Notes: a model not told the origin generated them from the letters alone. DNA of 64,000 nucleotides from Candidatus Aenigmatarchaeota archaeon (GCA_038999435.1 JAVZYR010000001.1:18944-82943); one strand, 5' to 3'. Shown: positions 1 through 8,377, counted from the first letter of the stretch. Numbers and translations: made by a program.

Positions 1-395
1 GGTTTGGCATGCCCATGGCAAAACCATGTATCTCCGCTTTCTATCCCTTTTGTTGGTAATATCTCAAGATTTTGTTCTGTAATCCTTTTTATTCCACCAT
101 CATGATTGCCTGGGATTAGCCGGATAGGACATTTTATATCAGAGATGAAGCGAGAAATCTCTGCAAGTTCCCTTTTGCTCATCCCAGGTATTTTATGTTT
201 AAGGTCTCCTAAAATCAGCAAATCCTTGCAGCCAGTCATGTTAAGAATTTCTCTTATCTTTTCAGCCATTTCTCTTCTCTGTGACGGTATCCTTATCCCT
301 GCTTCCCTCGGTTCAAGCTCTATGCCAAGATGCAGGTCTGCTATAATAAGCGTCTTACCAATCTTCAGGGCTGGTTTGCCTAAAACAAATCTCAT
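1..395 (-). CDS. Calcineurin-like metallophosphoesterase (partial, runs off the window edge)
   Basis: Not in the ORF track. Manual translation MRFVLGKPALKIGKTLIIADLHLGIE...; contains DxH, GD, GNHD and HGH motifs. Confidence 0.85.
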   Translation of the reverse strand, partial: MRFVLGKPALKIGKTLIIADLHLGIELEPREAGIRIPSQRREMAEKIREILNMTGCKDLLILGDLKHKIPGMSKRELAEISRFISDIKCPIRLIPGNHDGGIKRITEQNLEILPTKGIESGDTWFCHGHAK

Positions 396-426
396 AAGAA
401 TTTAAATTTTTATTTTATTAAAAAAT

Positions 427-645
427 ATGGACTTTGATGAAGAGGAGTTTAAGGAGTTCAAGGCAATGCTTTTAAGTCAGGCAGGTGTATATTCGGTTGG
501 GCTTGGTGAAAATGAGAAAGGAGAATATACAATAACAATCTATGCTGAAAAAGATGTTCCTGTTGAAATTCCAATAAGACCGCGTTCGCTTAAAAAATAT
601 CCTGTGAAAATCATTAGGGGAGAGCCAATAGAGGCAAAGAAATAA
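427..645 (+). CDS. Small protein resembling the N-terminal (pro)domain of the downstream Nal1-like protease
   Basis: LLSQAGVYSVGLG...ITIYAEK...YPVKIIRGEPIEA aligns by eye with LFCKPNVEGVGIG...IVVNVKKK...LTDVYETGEIRA of 670..1710. Confidence 0.6.
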   Translation: MDFDEEEFKEFKAMLLSQAGVYSVGLGENEKGEYTITIYAEKDVPVEIPIRPRSLKKYPVKIIRGEPIEAKK

Positions 646-669
646 AAAATTTTCGTCTAATTTTAGAAA

Positions 670-1710
670 ATGAGATATTCAAAAGATATCGATGAAATTA
701 AAAATGTTTTGGACGCCTGGAGATACACATTATTTTGTAAGCCCAATGTTGAAGGTGTAGGTATTGGATATAAAATTGTGAAAGGGGAGAAAACAGACGA
801 AATATGTATTGTTGTAAATGTAAAAAAGAAATTACCAGAGCTCCCTGAAGAAGATATGATACCCAAAGAGGTTGGAGTTGGCACAAAAATTTTGACTGAT
901 GTCTATGAGACAGGAGAGATAAGAGCGCTTTATAAAGAAGCTAAAAGTGCAGAAAATTTAAGAACAAAGAAAACAAGGCCTGCATCTGCTGGGGTTTCAA
1001 TAGGACATTACAAAATTACTGCAGGCACGCTTGGATGTCTTGTGAGAAAAGATGGAAAGATAAAAATCCTTAGTAATAACCACGTGCTGGCAAATGAGAA
1101 CAGGGCAAAAATAGGAGATATGATACTCCAACCAGGCCCTTATGACATTAATGATGCAAATTATGAGCAGTACAAAATTGCACTGCTCTCTGATTATGTA
1201 CCAATCTATATTATGGATGAGATACCAACATGCAAAATCAAAAACGTTGCAAAAAATTTCTTGAGATATATAAAGAAGCAATATTCAAACATTCTTGCGG
1301 CTAAAACGAATCGCTTTGATTGCGCTGTTGCTGAAGTATTCAAGCCTGATGATGTCTCAAGCACACTTTATGAGCTTGGTGAACCAGCAACAAAGCCAAG
1401 AGATGCAGGGCTTGATATGAAGGTTTGCAAATCAGGACGGACAACAGGCGTAACACAGGGAGAGATAACGCAATTACACGTAACAACAAAAGTTAGGTTC
1501 TCACGTGGCTATGCAGTTTTTGAAGAACAGATAGCTACAGGACCCATGTGCAAAGGTGGTGATTCAGGCTCTTTGCTTGTTTCTCAGAGCGGGCTTGAAC
1601 CTGTTGGACTACTTTTTGCAGGCTCTGATGCCATAACAATATACAATCCAATAAAAGATGTTCTGAACAAATTAGGGGTTGAAATAGTTTCAAAGCATAA
1701 TCCATTATAG
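670..1710 (+). CDS. Nal1-like trypsin/chymotrypsin-fold serine protease
   Basis: TAGTLG, LSNNHV (His), FDCA (Asp), KSGRTTG, GDSGS (Ser) and GLLFAG motifs; no signal peptide. Confidence 0.85.
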   Translation: MRYSKDIDEIKNVLDAWRYTLFCKPNVEGVGIGYKIVKGEKTDEICIVVNVKKKLPELPEEDMIPKEVGVGTKILTDVYETGEIRALYKEAKSAENLRTKKTRPASAGVSIGHYKITAGTLGCLVRKDGKIKILSNNHVLANENRAKIGDMILQPGPYDINDANYEQYKIALLSDYVPIYIMDEIPTCKIKNVAKNFLRYIKKQYSNILAAKTNRFDCAVAEVFKPDDVSSTLYELGEPATKPRDAGLDMKVCKSGRTTGVTQGEITQLHVTTKVRFSRGYAVFEEQIATGPMCKGGDSGSLLVSQSGLEPVGLLFAGSDAITIYNPIKDVLNKLGVEIVSKHNPL

Positions 1711-1893
1711 ACTGATTTCAATACCTTTATATCTGATTTTAATTTTATAACCAGTTCTTGCCCATCTCAATATTTTGAAAAGGCCAAATGTATTTTTAAA
1801 GAGATATTTTATGGCAATAAAAAATACAGAGACAACACTTCTTATCTCTATGGTAATGTTATTTTCATCAAAATTTATATCAATTGCCTTCAT
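1705..1893 (-). CDS. Hypothetical protein, 62 aa
   Basis: ATG ORF filling the gap between convergent/divergent neighbours. Confidence 0.45.
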   Translation of the reverse strand: MKAIDINFDENNITIEIRSVVSVFFIAIKYLFKNTFGLFKILRWARTGYKIKIRYKGIEISL

Positions 1894-1926
1894 TCGATAT
1901 TTTATACTCAGTTTATAATATTAAAA

Positions 1927-3219
1927 ATGGCAGTTGAGAAGATTGTGATAGGCCGAGATAGAGAAGATATAAAGAGATATGGCAGTGAGGGTACTGCATA
2001 CATCGGCAAGCATATTGTTGGAAAGGGCGAGGAGGCACACCTTACAAACCCAATACACATGGATTTGATAAGACCACATGTTGTGCTTGTTGCTGGAAAA
2101 AGGGGAACTGGAAAAAGCTACAGCGCAGGCGTGATTGCAGAGGAGATTGCAATGCTTCCAAAAGAAATTAGAGAGAATCTATCTGTGATAATGATTGACA
2201 CAATGGGCATATACTGGTCAATGAAGATGGGAAATGAGAAGGACAGAGAACTTCTGAAGAATTGGGGACTCAAGCCACAGGGCCTGCCGATAAAGCTTTA
2301 TGTGCCAAAAGGGTATGTGAAGGACTATGAGGATGTTGGAGTAAAGGTTGATGGCGCATTCACAATTGCTTGCTCTGAGCTCACAGCATTAGATTGGATT
2401 ATGACATTTGGCTTTTCTATGCTTGACCCACACGGCATAGCAATAGAGCGGGCAATAAAGGCTGTCACAGACAGATTTGGCACAGAATATTCTATATCAG
2501 ACATCATAAAGGCCATAGAAGATGATAAAAGGACAGACAAATCAATAAAGGATGCACTTGTGAATAGATTTCTTGCTGCAGAGGATTGGGGGCTTTTCGA
2601 GATTCATGGTACGACTGTTAGGGAGATGATCGAGCCAGGTGTTATCTCAGTTATTGATGTCAGCCATTATATGCGTGTCTCGGCTGGATGGTCTGTTCGC
2701 TCAATGATAGTTGGATTGTTATCAAGGAAGATTTTCCAAGAGCGGCTGATGGCAAGAAAGGCAGAAGAATTTGAGATTATGGCAGGGGAAAGGAGAAAAA
2801 CAATACCAATGGTATGGCTTATGATGGACGAGGCGCATCAGTTTGTTGGCACAGAGCCAACTGCAGCAACAGAACCATTACTTACGCTTATTAAAGAAGG
2901 CAGAGAGCCGGGTATATCTGTGTTGATGATAACGCAAAGGCCTGGAAAACTACATGAGGATGCACTGGCACAGGCAGACCTTATAATTGCACACAGGTTG
3001 ACAGCTGAGGCAGACATCCGTGCGTTAAGGTCAATCATGCAGACATATGTTCTTGAAGATATACAGGACCTGATGAATGCATTACCACGCCTCAAGGGCT
3101 CAGCGCTCATACTCGATGATAATTCAGAGAGGATATATACAGTTCAGGTCAGACCGCGTTTTTCTTGGCATGCAGGCGGTTCACCTGCTGCAATAAAGCC
3201 AAAAGGGATATTTGGATAG
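1927..3219 (+). CDS. HerA/FtsK-superfamily ATPase (DUF87-like)
   Basis: Walker A GKRGTGKS, Walker B LMMDEAH, EGREPG and TQRP motifs. Confidence 0.85.
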   Translation: MAVEKIVIGRDREDIKRYGSEGTAYIGKHIVGKGEEAHLTNPIHMDLIRPHVVLVAGKRGTGKSYSAGVIAEEIAMLPKEIRENLSVIMIDTMGIYWSMKMGNEKDRELLKNWGLKPQGLPIKLYVPKGYVKDYEDVGVKVDGAFTIACSELTALDWIMTFGFSMLDPHGIAIERAIKAVTDRFGTEYSISDIIKAIEDDKRTDKSIKDALVNRFLAAEDWGLFEIHGTTVREMIEPGVISVIDVSHYMRVSAGWSVRSMIVGLLSRKIFQERLMARKAEEFEIMAGERRKTIPMVWLMMDEAHQFVGTEPTAATEPLLTLIKEGREPGISVLMITQRPGKLHEDALAQADLIIAHRLTAEADIRALRSIMQTYVLEDIQDLMNALPRLKGSALILDDNSERIYTVQVRPRFSWHAGGSPAAIKPKGIFG

Positions 3220-3249
3220 TTTTATAAACTTTTTTAACAAAATTAAAAA

Positions 3250-5763
3250 ATGAATATTCCTAAACTATTATTATTAATTATAACAATATCTGCTATTCTA
3301 ATCATTTTTATCAGATTCACAGGTCTATTTATTCCTCCTGCTGGCCCTCCTACTGTCTACACAGTCTGCTCTTCTGGTTGTGATTATGACAGCCTGACAG
3401 CATGCCTTTTTACTATAAATAATACACAGAATATTTGCAACATAACGGGCCCTGGCTTTTGGTCAATAAATGATAGCTATTATTTTATTAGCAATGCCGG
3501 TGAAATAGTTGAAATAGCATCAGATGATGTTATTTTTGATTGTAATAATTCAATTTTAAGAACTACCCTCATCAATTCTTTTGTAATACGAATGAAAAAA
3601 GTTGATAACACAACAATAAGAAATTGCATTTTTAATACAATTGATAACACAATAGATTTACAGGGAAATAACATAAAAATATACAACAATTCATTTTATG
3701 GCGATTGGTATTCTTTGCGGGCTTATGACTGGGTTTACAATATATCAATTTATGATAACAATATATCAACAGGATTTGATCCCTGGTTTAGGGTAGTTAA
3801 TTGTACCATAGAAAATAATAACATATCTAACGGTTTAAGAGGAGATTTTAACGATAGTATAATAAGAAATAATAACATTAGTTGCGTGTATATAGTTATC
3901 AATGGTAAAAACACAATTTTTGAAAATCATCAGCAAATCTGCGAATCAGGAGACGCTTTACAATATTTTGGTGGTATAAACATAACAATAAGAAATAATA
4001 GTTTTATAAACAAAACAACAGGAATAATTATAAATTCAGCTAATGAAACGAATATATATAATAATACAATCGTAACATATATTCCAACTGATTATGGAGG
4101 GATAAATTCATCAGGCACAAATTTTAATGTTACAATAATCAATAACACCATCACAGGCCCATATAAAACTTCAATTGGAATTTTAGGTAGTGGCAATAAA
4201 ATCATAAATAATACAATAAGCAATACAACACAAGGGATTTATATTAATGGAAGTAATCATAACATATCTAGAAATGTAATAAAAAATGCAAGCCAAGAAT
4301 GTTTATACACAGATTCTTTCACCGAGTCTAGCATAATCTCAAACAACACATTCGAGGATTGCGGTGCTGTTTCTGGTCCATACGAAGCGTATCTAAGCTC
4401 ATACTCTCCACTGCAGTATAATGGCAACAACTACACTATTGTTTTTTATGCAAATTCAGATATAATCGACACTGTGCAAGTTTCAGAAGATAACACAAAT
4501 GTTTCTGACATAGTCACAGGTGAAAATAACTTCAGCCTATGGTTAGGTACATGTGAGGATGGCTCAAGATGGACAGTTTATGTCGAAGAGCCAGAGAGTA
4601 TGTCGTGCTCAGATGTATTTAATTTAGGTTGTAATGGCATATGTGACTTTGAACAGGATGGCTACTGGATTGCAAATGGCTATGGTCAAAACTACACATT
4701 AAATCAATCACCGCAGGTCTCTGTCATTCCCGGCTACACAGACCCTGCATGGCTGAGATACAGCTCATGGTATGTCCAGGATTACTATCCAATTGTTCTT
4801 TATGGCTCCTCTGGAAACAACATAACAAAGAATTGGATAAAGGATGTGAACAAAAAGAACAACTATTCTATCTACTCAGATACAAATGCACAGGACAGGA
4901 TATGGCTAAACATGCTTCTCTCAGGTGGCATAAACATCACAGGCACTGAGCCAATCTTATGCGTGAATGGTGAAGGAAACTTTTATGGCGAGGGCAGTTT
5001 AGGCGTGCCTGAGAACGATTGTGGTCCTGCAAGCATCACCGCACCAACAGCAGGTGCATACACAGGTAGCATAACAATTCAATGGACTGCCCAATCCTCA
5101 CCAGAGCCTGTAACATATGATGTCTATGCAAAGAATTTAGCAACAGGCGAGATGACAAAACTTACAGAAACAACAAGCCTTTCATATTTATGGAACCTAT
5201 CAGGATACTTAGGAAATTATAAAGCAATCATTATTCCATGGATCTCTGGCTCAAGGATTAATGCAACATGGGCAGAGTCAGGCATACTTCAGCTTGGTCA
5301 GGGTACAGGTGGAGGCAATGTCACTGTTACAATCCTTACATCCATCACAATATCCCTACCTGTAGATACAGTCAACTTTGGCACAATGCAACTTGGCCAA
5401 TCTGACAACACAACAGATAACAGCCCACCACCATTCATCCTTCAAAATGATGGTTCTGTGCCCGTCAACATTACAATAAATGCAACTCAGCTTTGGTACA
5501 GCAGCCTTGGTTCAGGCACAAGCAGTTATTATCAATTCAAAACAGAATGTAATGAGTCATCATGTGTGCCAGACCCAGATAATGACCTCGTTACATCCTG
5601 GACAAACATACCAATAAATGAACAAGCAATCCTTGCCTGTTCAAATCTTCGCTTCATAGACAACCAAGATACGGTTAAGATTCACATAAAGGTTACAGTT
5701 CCGGTTGATGAGCCAGCAGGTTCAAAGAACAGCACAGTCACATTCACAGCAAGCCAAGCATAA
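3250..5763 (+). CDS. Exported surface protein: parallel beta-helix (CASH/NosD-like) repeats, an FN3/Ig-like segment and a C-terminal fibre-subunit-like domain
   Basis: N-terminal TM; many I-x-N-N-x-I repeats; many N-x-S/T sequons; last ~150 aa clearly paralogous to 6015..6596. Confidence 0.8.
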   Translation: MNIPKLLLLIITISAILIIFIRFTGLFIPPAGPPTVYTVCSSGCDYDSLTACLFTINNTQNICNITGPGFWSINDSYYFISNAGEIVEIASDDVIFDCNNSILRTTLINSFVIRMKKVDNTTIRNCIFNTIDNTIDLQGNNIKIYNNSFYGDWYSLRAYDWVYNISIYDNNISTGFDPWFRVVNCTIENNNISNGLRGDFNDSIIRNNNISCVYIVINGKNTIFENHQQICESGDALQYFGGINITIRNNSFINKTTGIIINSANETNIYNNTIVTYIPTDYGGINSSGTNFNVTIINNTITGPYKTSIGILGSGNKIINNTISNTTQGIYINGSNHNISRNVIKNASQECLYTDSFTESSIISNNTFEDCGAVSGPYEAYLSSYSPLQYNGNNYTIVFYANSDIIDTVQVSEDNTNVSDIVTGENNFSLWLGTCEDGSRWTVYVEEPESMSCSDVFNLGCNGICDFEQDGYWIANGYGQNYTLNQSPQVSVIPGYTDPAWLRYSSWYVQDYYPIVLYGSSGNNITKNWIKDVNKKNNYSIYSDTNAQDRIWLNMLLSGGINITGTEPILCVNGEGNFYGEGSLGVPENDCGPASITAPTAGAYTGSITIQWTAQSSPEPVTYDVYAKNLATGEMTKLTETTSLSYLWNLSGYLGNYKAIIIPWISGSRINATWAESGILQLGQGTGGGNVTVTILTSITISLPVDTVNFGTMQLGQSDNTTDNSPPPFILQNDGSVPVNITINATQLWYSSLGSGTSSYYQFKTECNESSCVPDPDNDLVTSWTNIPINEQAILACSNLRFIDNQDTVKIHIKVTVPVDEPAGSKNSTVTFTASQA

Positions 5764-5808
5764 AAGCTTATAAGGTTTTTAATACCAATAATTAAAATAG
5801 GAGGTAAA
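5763..5808 (+). promoter_or_regulatory. TATA-like element and strong Shine-Dalgarno site for the 5809/6015 bicistron
   Basis: AAAAGCTTATAA followed by AGGAGGT 3 nt before ATG 5809; a second AGGAGGT precedes ATG 6015. Confidence 0.6.
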
Positions 5809-6003
5809 ATGGCATCCAACAAATTGCTGGCTGCATTGATTTTAGTGCTACTTGTAGCATCGCTTGTTGGTATGTATATTTTGATTGCACCGCTAATTCC
5901 AGTCGCGCCAGCCATAGCAACAGAGACAGGAGTTGTTAGCCTTTATGTTGCACCACAGCCATACTCTACAGGAGGTATGGTTTCTGTGGTCGTAATAGGA
6001 TAA
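5809..6003 (+). CDS. Small membrane/exported protein, 64 aa, of the surface cluster
   Basis: Strong SD; N-terminus SNKLLAALILV matches SNNTLAALILV of the next gene. Confidence 0.75.
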   Translation: MASNKLLAALILVLLVASLVGMYILIAPLIPVAPAIATETGVVSLYVAPQPYSTGGMVSVVVIG

Positions 6004-6014
6004 GGAGGTAAAAG

Positions 6015-6596
6015 ATGGTAAGCAATAATACACTTGCAGCCCTTATCTTGGTAGCAATAGTGATATCCCTGGTAAGCATAGCAACAACCCTAAACATTGC
6101 CTCAAGGATACCCATAACCCTAACAGGAGGCATATCAGGCACAACACAAGTATCAGTCGCAACAGCAATCACAATCACCCTGCCAGTAAGTACAGTAAAC
6201 TTTGGCTCAATGTCCCTTAATGCAGAGGATGATACAACGGACAACAGCCCAGGCCCGTTCATTGTTCAAAATGACGGTTCTGTGTGTGTCAATGTGACAG
6301 TTAATGCAACACAACTTTGGTCAGGAACAGGCGCAACAGGTACATCGACATACTACAGATTTAAATCAGAATGCAATGAGGCAAATTGCGTTAACAACGA
6401 AACAGAAGATCTTGTGAGCTCATGGACAAACATGCCAATTGCATCTGCTGCAACAAAGCTTGTCAACAGACTAAGATACACTGATTCACAGGATACTGTG
6501 AAGGCGCACATTTATCTAAAGGTCCCTGCAGATGAGCCAGCAGGTCCAAAGAGCAGTACTGTGACATTTACATCAGAAGACGCAGGCGGCTGCTAA
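6015..6596 (+). CDS. Putative major fibre/surface subunit (beta-rich Ig-like fold)
   Basis: Strong SD; N-terminal hydrophobic leader; Thr/Ser-rich beta pattern (VNFG...QNDG...VNVTVNA...LKVP.DEPAG.K.STVTFT); followed by a T-rich terminator. Confidence 0.7.
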   Translation: MVSNNTLAALILVAIVISLVSIATTLNIASRIPITLTGGISGTTQVSVATAITITLPVSTVNFGSMSLNAEDDTTDNSPGPFIVQNDGSVCVNVTVNATQLWSGTGATGTSTYYRFKSECNEANCVNNETEDLVSSWTNMPIASAATKLVNRLRYTDSQDTVKAHIYLKVPADEPAGPKSSTVTFTSEDAGGC

Positions 6597-6606
6597 AATA
6601 AAAAAC

Positions 6607-6627
6607 TTTTCATTTTTTCTTTTTTTT
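6607..6627 (+). terminator. Oligo-T archaeal terminator
   Basis: TTTTCATTTTTTCTTTTTTTT directly after the 6596 stop. Confidence 0.55.
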
Positions 6628-6653
6628 AAATATTTTCACAGATATCTATAAAG

Positions 6654-7823
6654 ATGAAAAGGATTTTCTCAATCATCTTGTTATTGACACTGGTTTTAAT
6701 TTTACCATCAGCATTAGCCATTGGCATGTCACCTGCAAGGATAGAGATAGATTTTCAGCCAGGTGCAAACCTAACTTACGATTTCTGGGTTCTAAATAAT
6801 CTTAATGAAACGCGTTCTATAGAGCTATATCCAACAGGCGAGCTTGCTGACAGGATAACCATTTATGGTGATAAACAATTCGAACTTGAAGGACAAAAGG
6901 TTAGGCAATTTTCATTTTCCATACTACTACCTGAAGAACTTGAGCCAGGGCTTCACAAGTCAGGGATAGGTGCAATAGAAGGCCTGCCAAGTGGCAGGGA
7001 AGGCGGGACACAACTTGCTGCACGCGCAGCAGTTATAATGCAGGTATGGATAAGGGTACCATATCCAGGAAAGTATGCAGAGATTAGTATAGAGGCAAAA
7101 GATGTTGAACTTGGTCAGCCAACACCATTCACAATCCATGTCAAAAACCTTGGCTCTGAAGACATCACAGCAGAGGATGAGATAGAAATATGGAATGGTG
7201 ATAAGAAAGTTGCAGAGCTGAGCGCAGGTTCTGTTTCAGTAGCTGCAAAAGGCACAGAAAATCTTTATGCAAGCTGGAAAGCAGACAGTGCAGGTGTATA
7301 CAAAGCAATAGCAAATGTGAAATATGATGGCAAAAATGCATCAGCTTCAACATTTTTCAGGGTTGGGGCTCTTGACATAGAAATATTAGACCTCTCAAAA
7401 GAGATTGTGCAGGCCGGAGAGATAGCAAAGTTTAAGGTTAAACTAAAAAGCAAATGGAATGCAGAGATTAGAAACATTTATGCCGATGTTGAAATACTGA
7501 AAGATGGAAATGTTTTAAAAACAGGGCGCTCAGCGCCATTCATGTTGGGTGTATGGGAAGAAAGGGAAATCCCCATTTATGTTGAAACACAGGGCCTTGA
7601 GCTTGGTGTCTATGATGCAAAAGTTAAAGTATATTTTGATAATAGGACAAAGGAAAAAGATTTCTCTTCTAGATTGGAGATTGTTGCATACAAACCTTTT
7701 GAGATATCCCTACCTTATATCATCATTTTGATATTCTTCATATTCGTACTACTCTTGATAACCTTATTATTATTAAAAAGGAGGAAGGAATCGCATGAAA
7801 AAAGGTCAAGAAGAAAAAAATAA
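6654..7823 (+). CDS. Membrane-anchored multi-Ig protein (DUF916/WxL-interacting-like or PapD-like N-terminus, CARDB-like domains, C-terminal TM plus basic tail)
   Basis: Signal peptide ending ALA; IGMSPARIEIDFQPG N-terminus; VKNLGS CARDB-like motif; C-terminal TM followed by KRRK. Confidence 0.65.
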   Translation: MKRIFSIILLLTLVLILPSALAIGMSPARIEIDFQPGANLTYDFWVLNNLNETRSIELYPTGELADRITIYGDKQFELEGQKVRQFSFSILLPEELEPGLHKSGIGAIEGLPSGREGGTQLAARAAVIMQVWIRVPYPGKYAEISIEAKDVELGQPTPFTIHVKNLGSEDITAEDEIEIWNGDKKVAELSAGSVSVAAKGTENLYASWKADSAGVYKAIANVKYDGKNASASTFFRVGALDIEILDLSKEIVQAGEIAKFKVKLKSKWNAEIRNIYADVEILKDGNVLKTGRSAPFMLGVWEEREIPIYVETQGLELGVYDAKVKVYFDNRTKEKDFSSRLEIVAYKPFEISLPYIIILIFFIFVLLLITLLLLKRRKESHEKRSRRKK

Positions 7824-8244
7824 AATCAAGCTAAAACTAACAAAAAAACTGTGCATTTTGGTTATAGTTTTAGTTGCATTTGCATCTGTACTTGGCACTA
7901 TTTTATGGTCATCACCTGAAATAAAAAACATTGATATCTATCTTACAGTTGGCAATTACACAGGCATAAACGTAAACTCATCCGCACTTTGGTTTGGTAC
8001 AATCCCGCAGAATGCTGTTGCACAGCGTAATATCATAATAAATAATGGTGATGCATGGCCAAGGCGAGTCTGGATAAAGGCGCAAGGAGAAATTGCAAAA
8101 TGGATATCTGTTACGGATAATGGCTTTTTGCTAAAGCCAAATGAAGGAATGCAGGTAGGTGTTGTTGTGAGCATACCACCTGATGCTGCCCAAAAAAATT
8201 ATACATCTCAACTCGAGATTGTGCTTATCAGGACAATATTTTAA
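7795..8244 (+). CDS. Membrane-anchored single Ig-like domain protein
   Basis: Basic N-terminus plus TM; LWFG...IIINN...IPPDA...NYTSQLEI pattern; overlaps the previous gene. Confidence 0.65.
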   Translation: MKKGQEEKNKIKLKLTKKLCILVIVLVAFASVLGTILWSSPEIKNIDIYLTVGNYTGINVNSSALWFGTIPQNAVAQRNIIINNGDAWPRRVWIKAQGEIAKWISVTDNGFLLKPNEGMQVGVVVSIPPDAAQKNYTSQLEIVLIRTIF

Positions 8245-8377
8245 AGATTTATATATTACTAAACAATAATAAATATATTTAGATTTTCATATCCCATTTT
8301 GTGTCCTTAAGACCACAAAAAAACAATGAAAATCGATATCTTGAGAACAAATTTAAAGAGAAAAATGCAATATTAAT

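Noticed and set aside
106..405. 99-aa plus-strand ORF in the track
   Set aside because: It is the antisense shadow of the minus-strand metallophosphoesterase, which has clear catalytic motifs.
1..3219. Phosphoesterase plus HerA as an Mre11-HerA repair or defence operon
   Set aside because: Opposite strands, separated by other genes; the phosphoesterase does not look like Mre11; no NurA, Rad50 or Sir2 nearby.
5809..6596. Type IV pilins or archaellins
   Set aside because: No basic-Gly class III cleavage site before the hydrophobic stretch and no +5 Glu.
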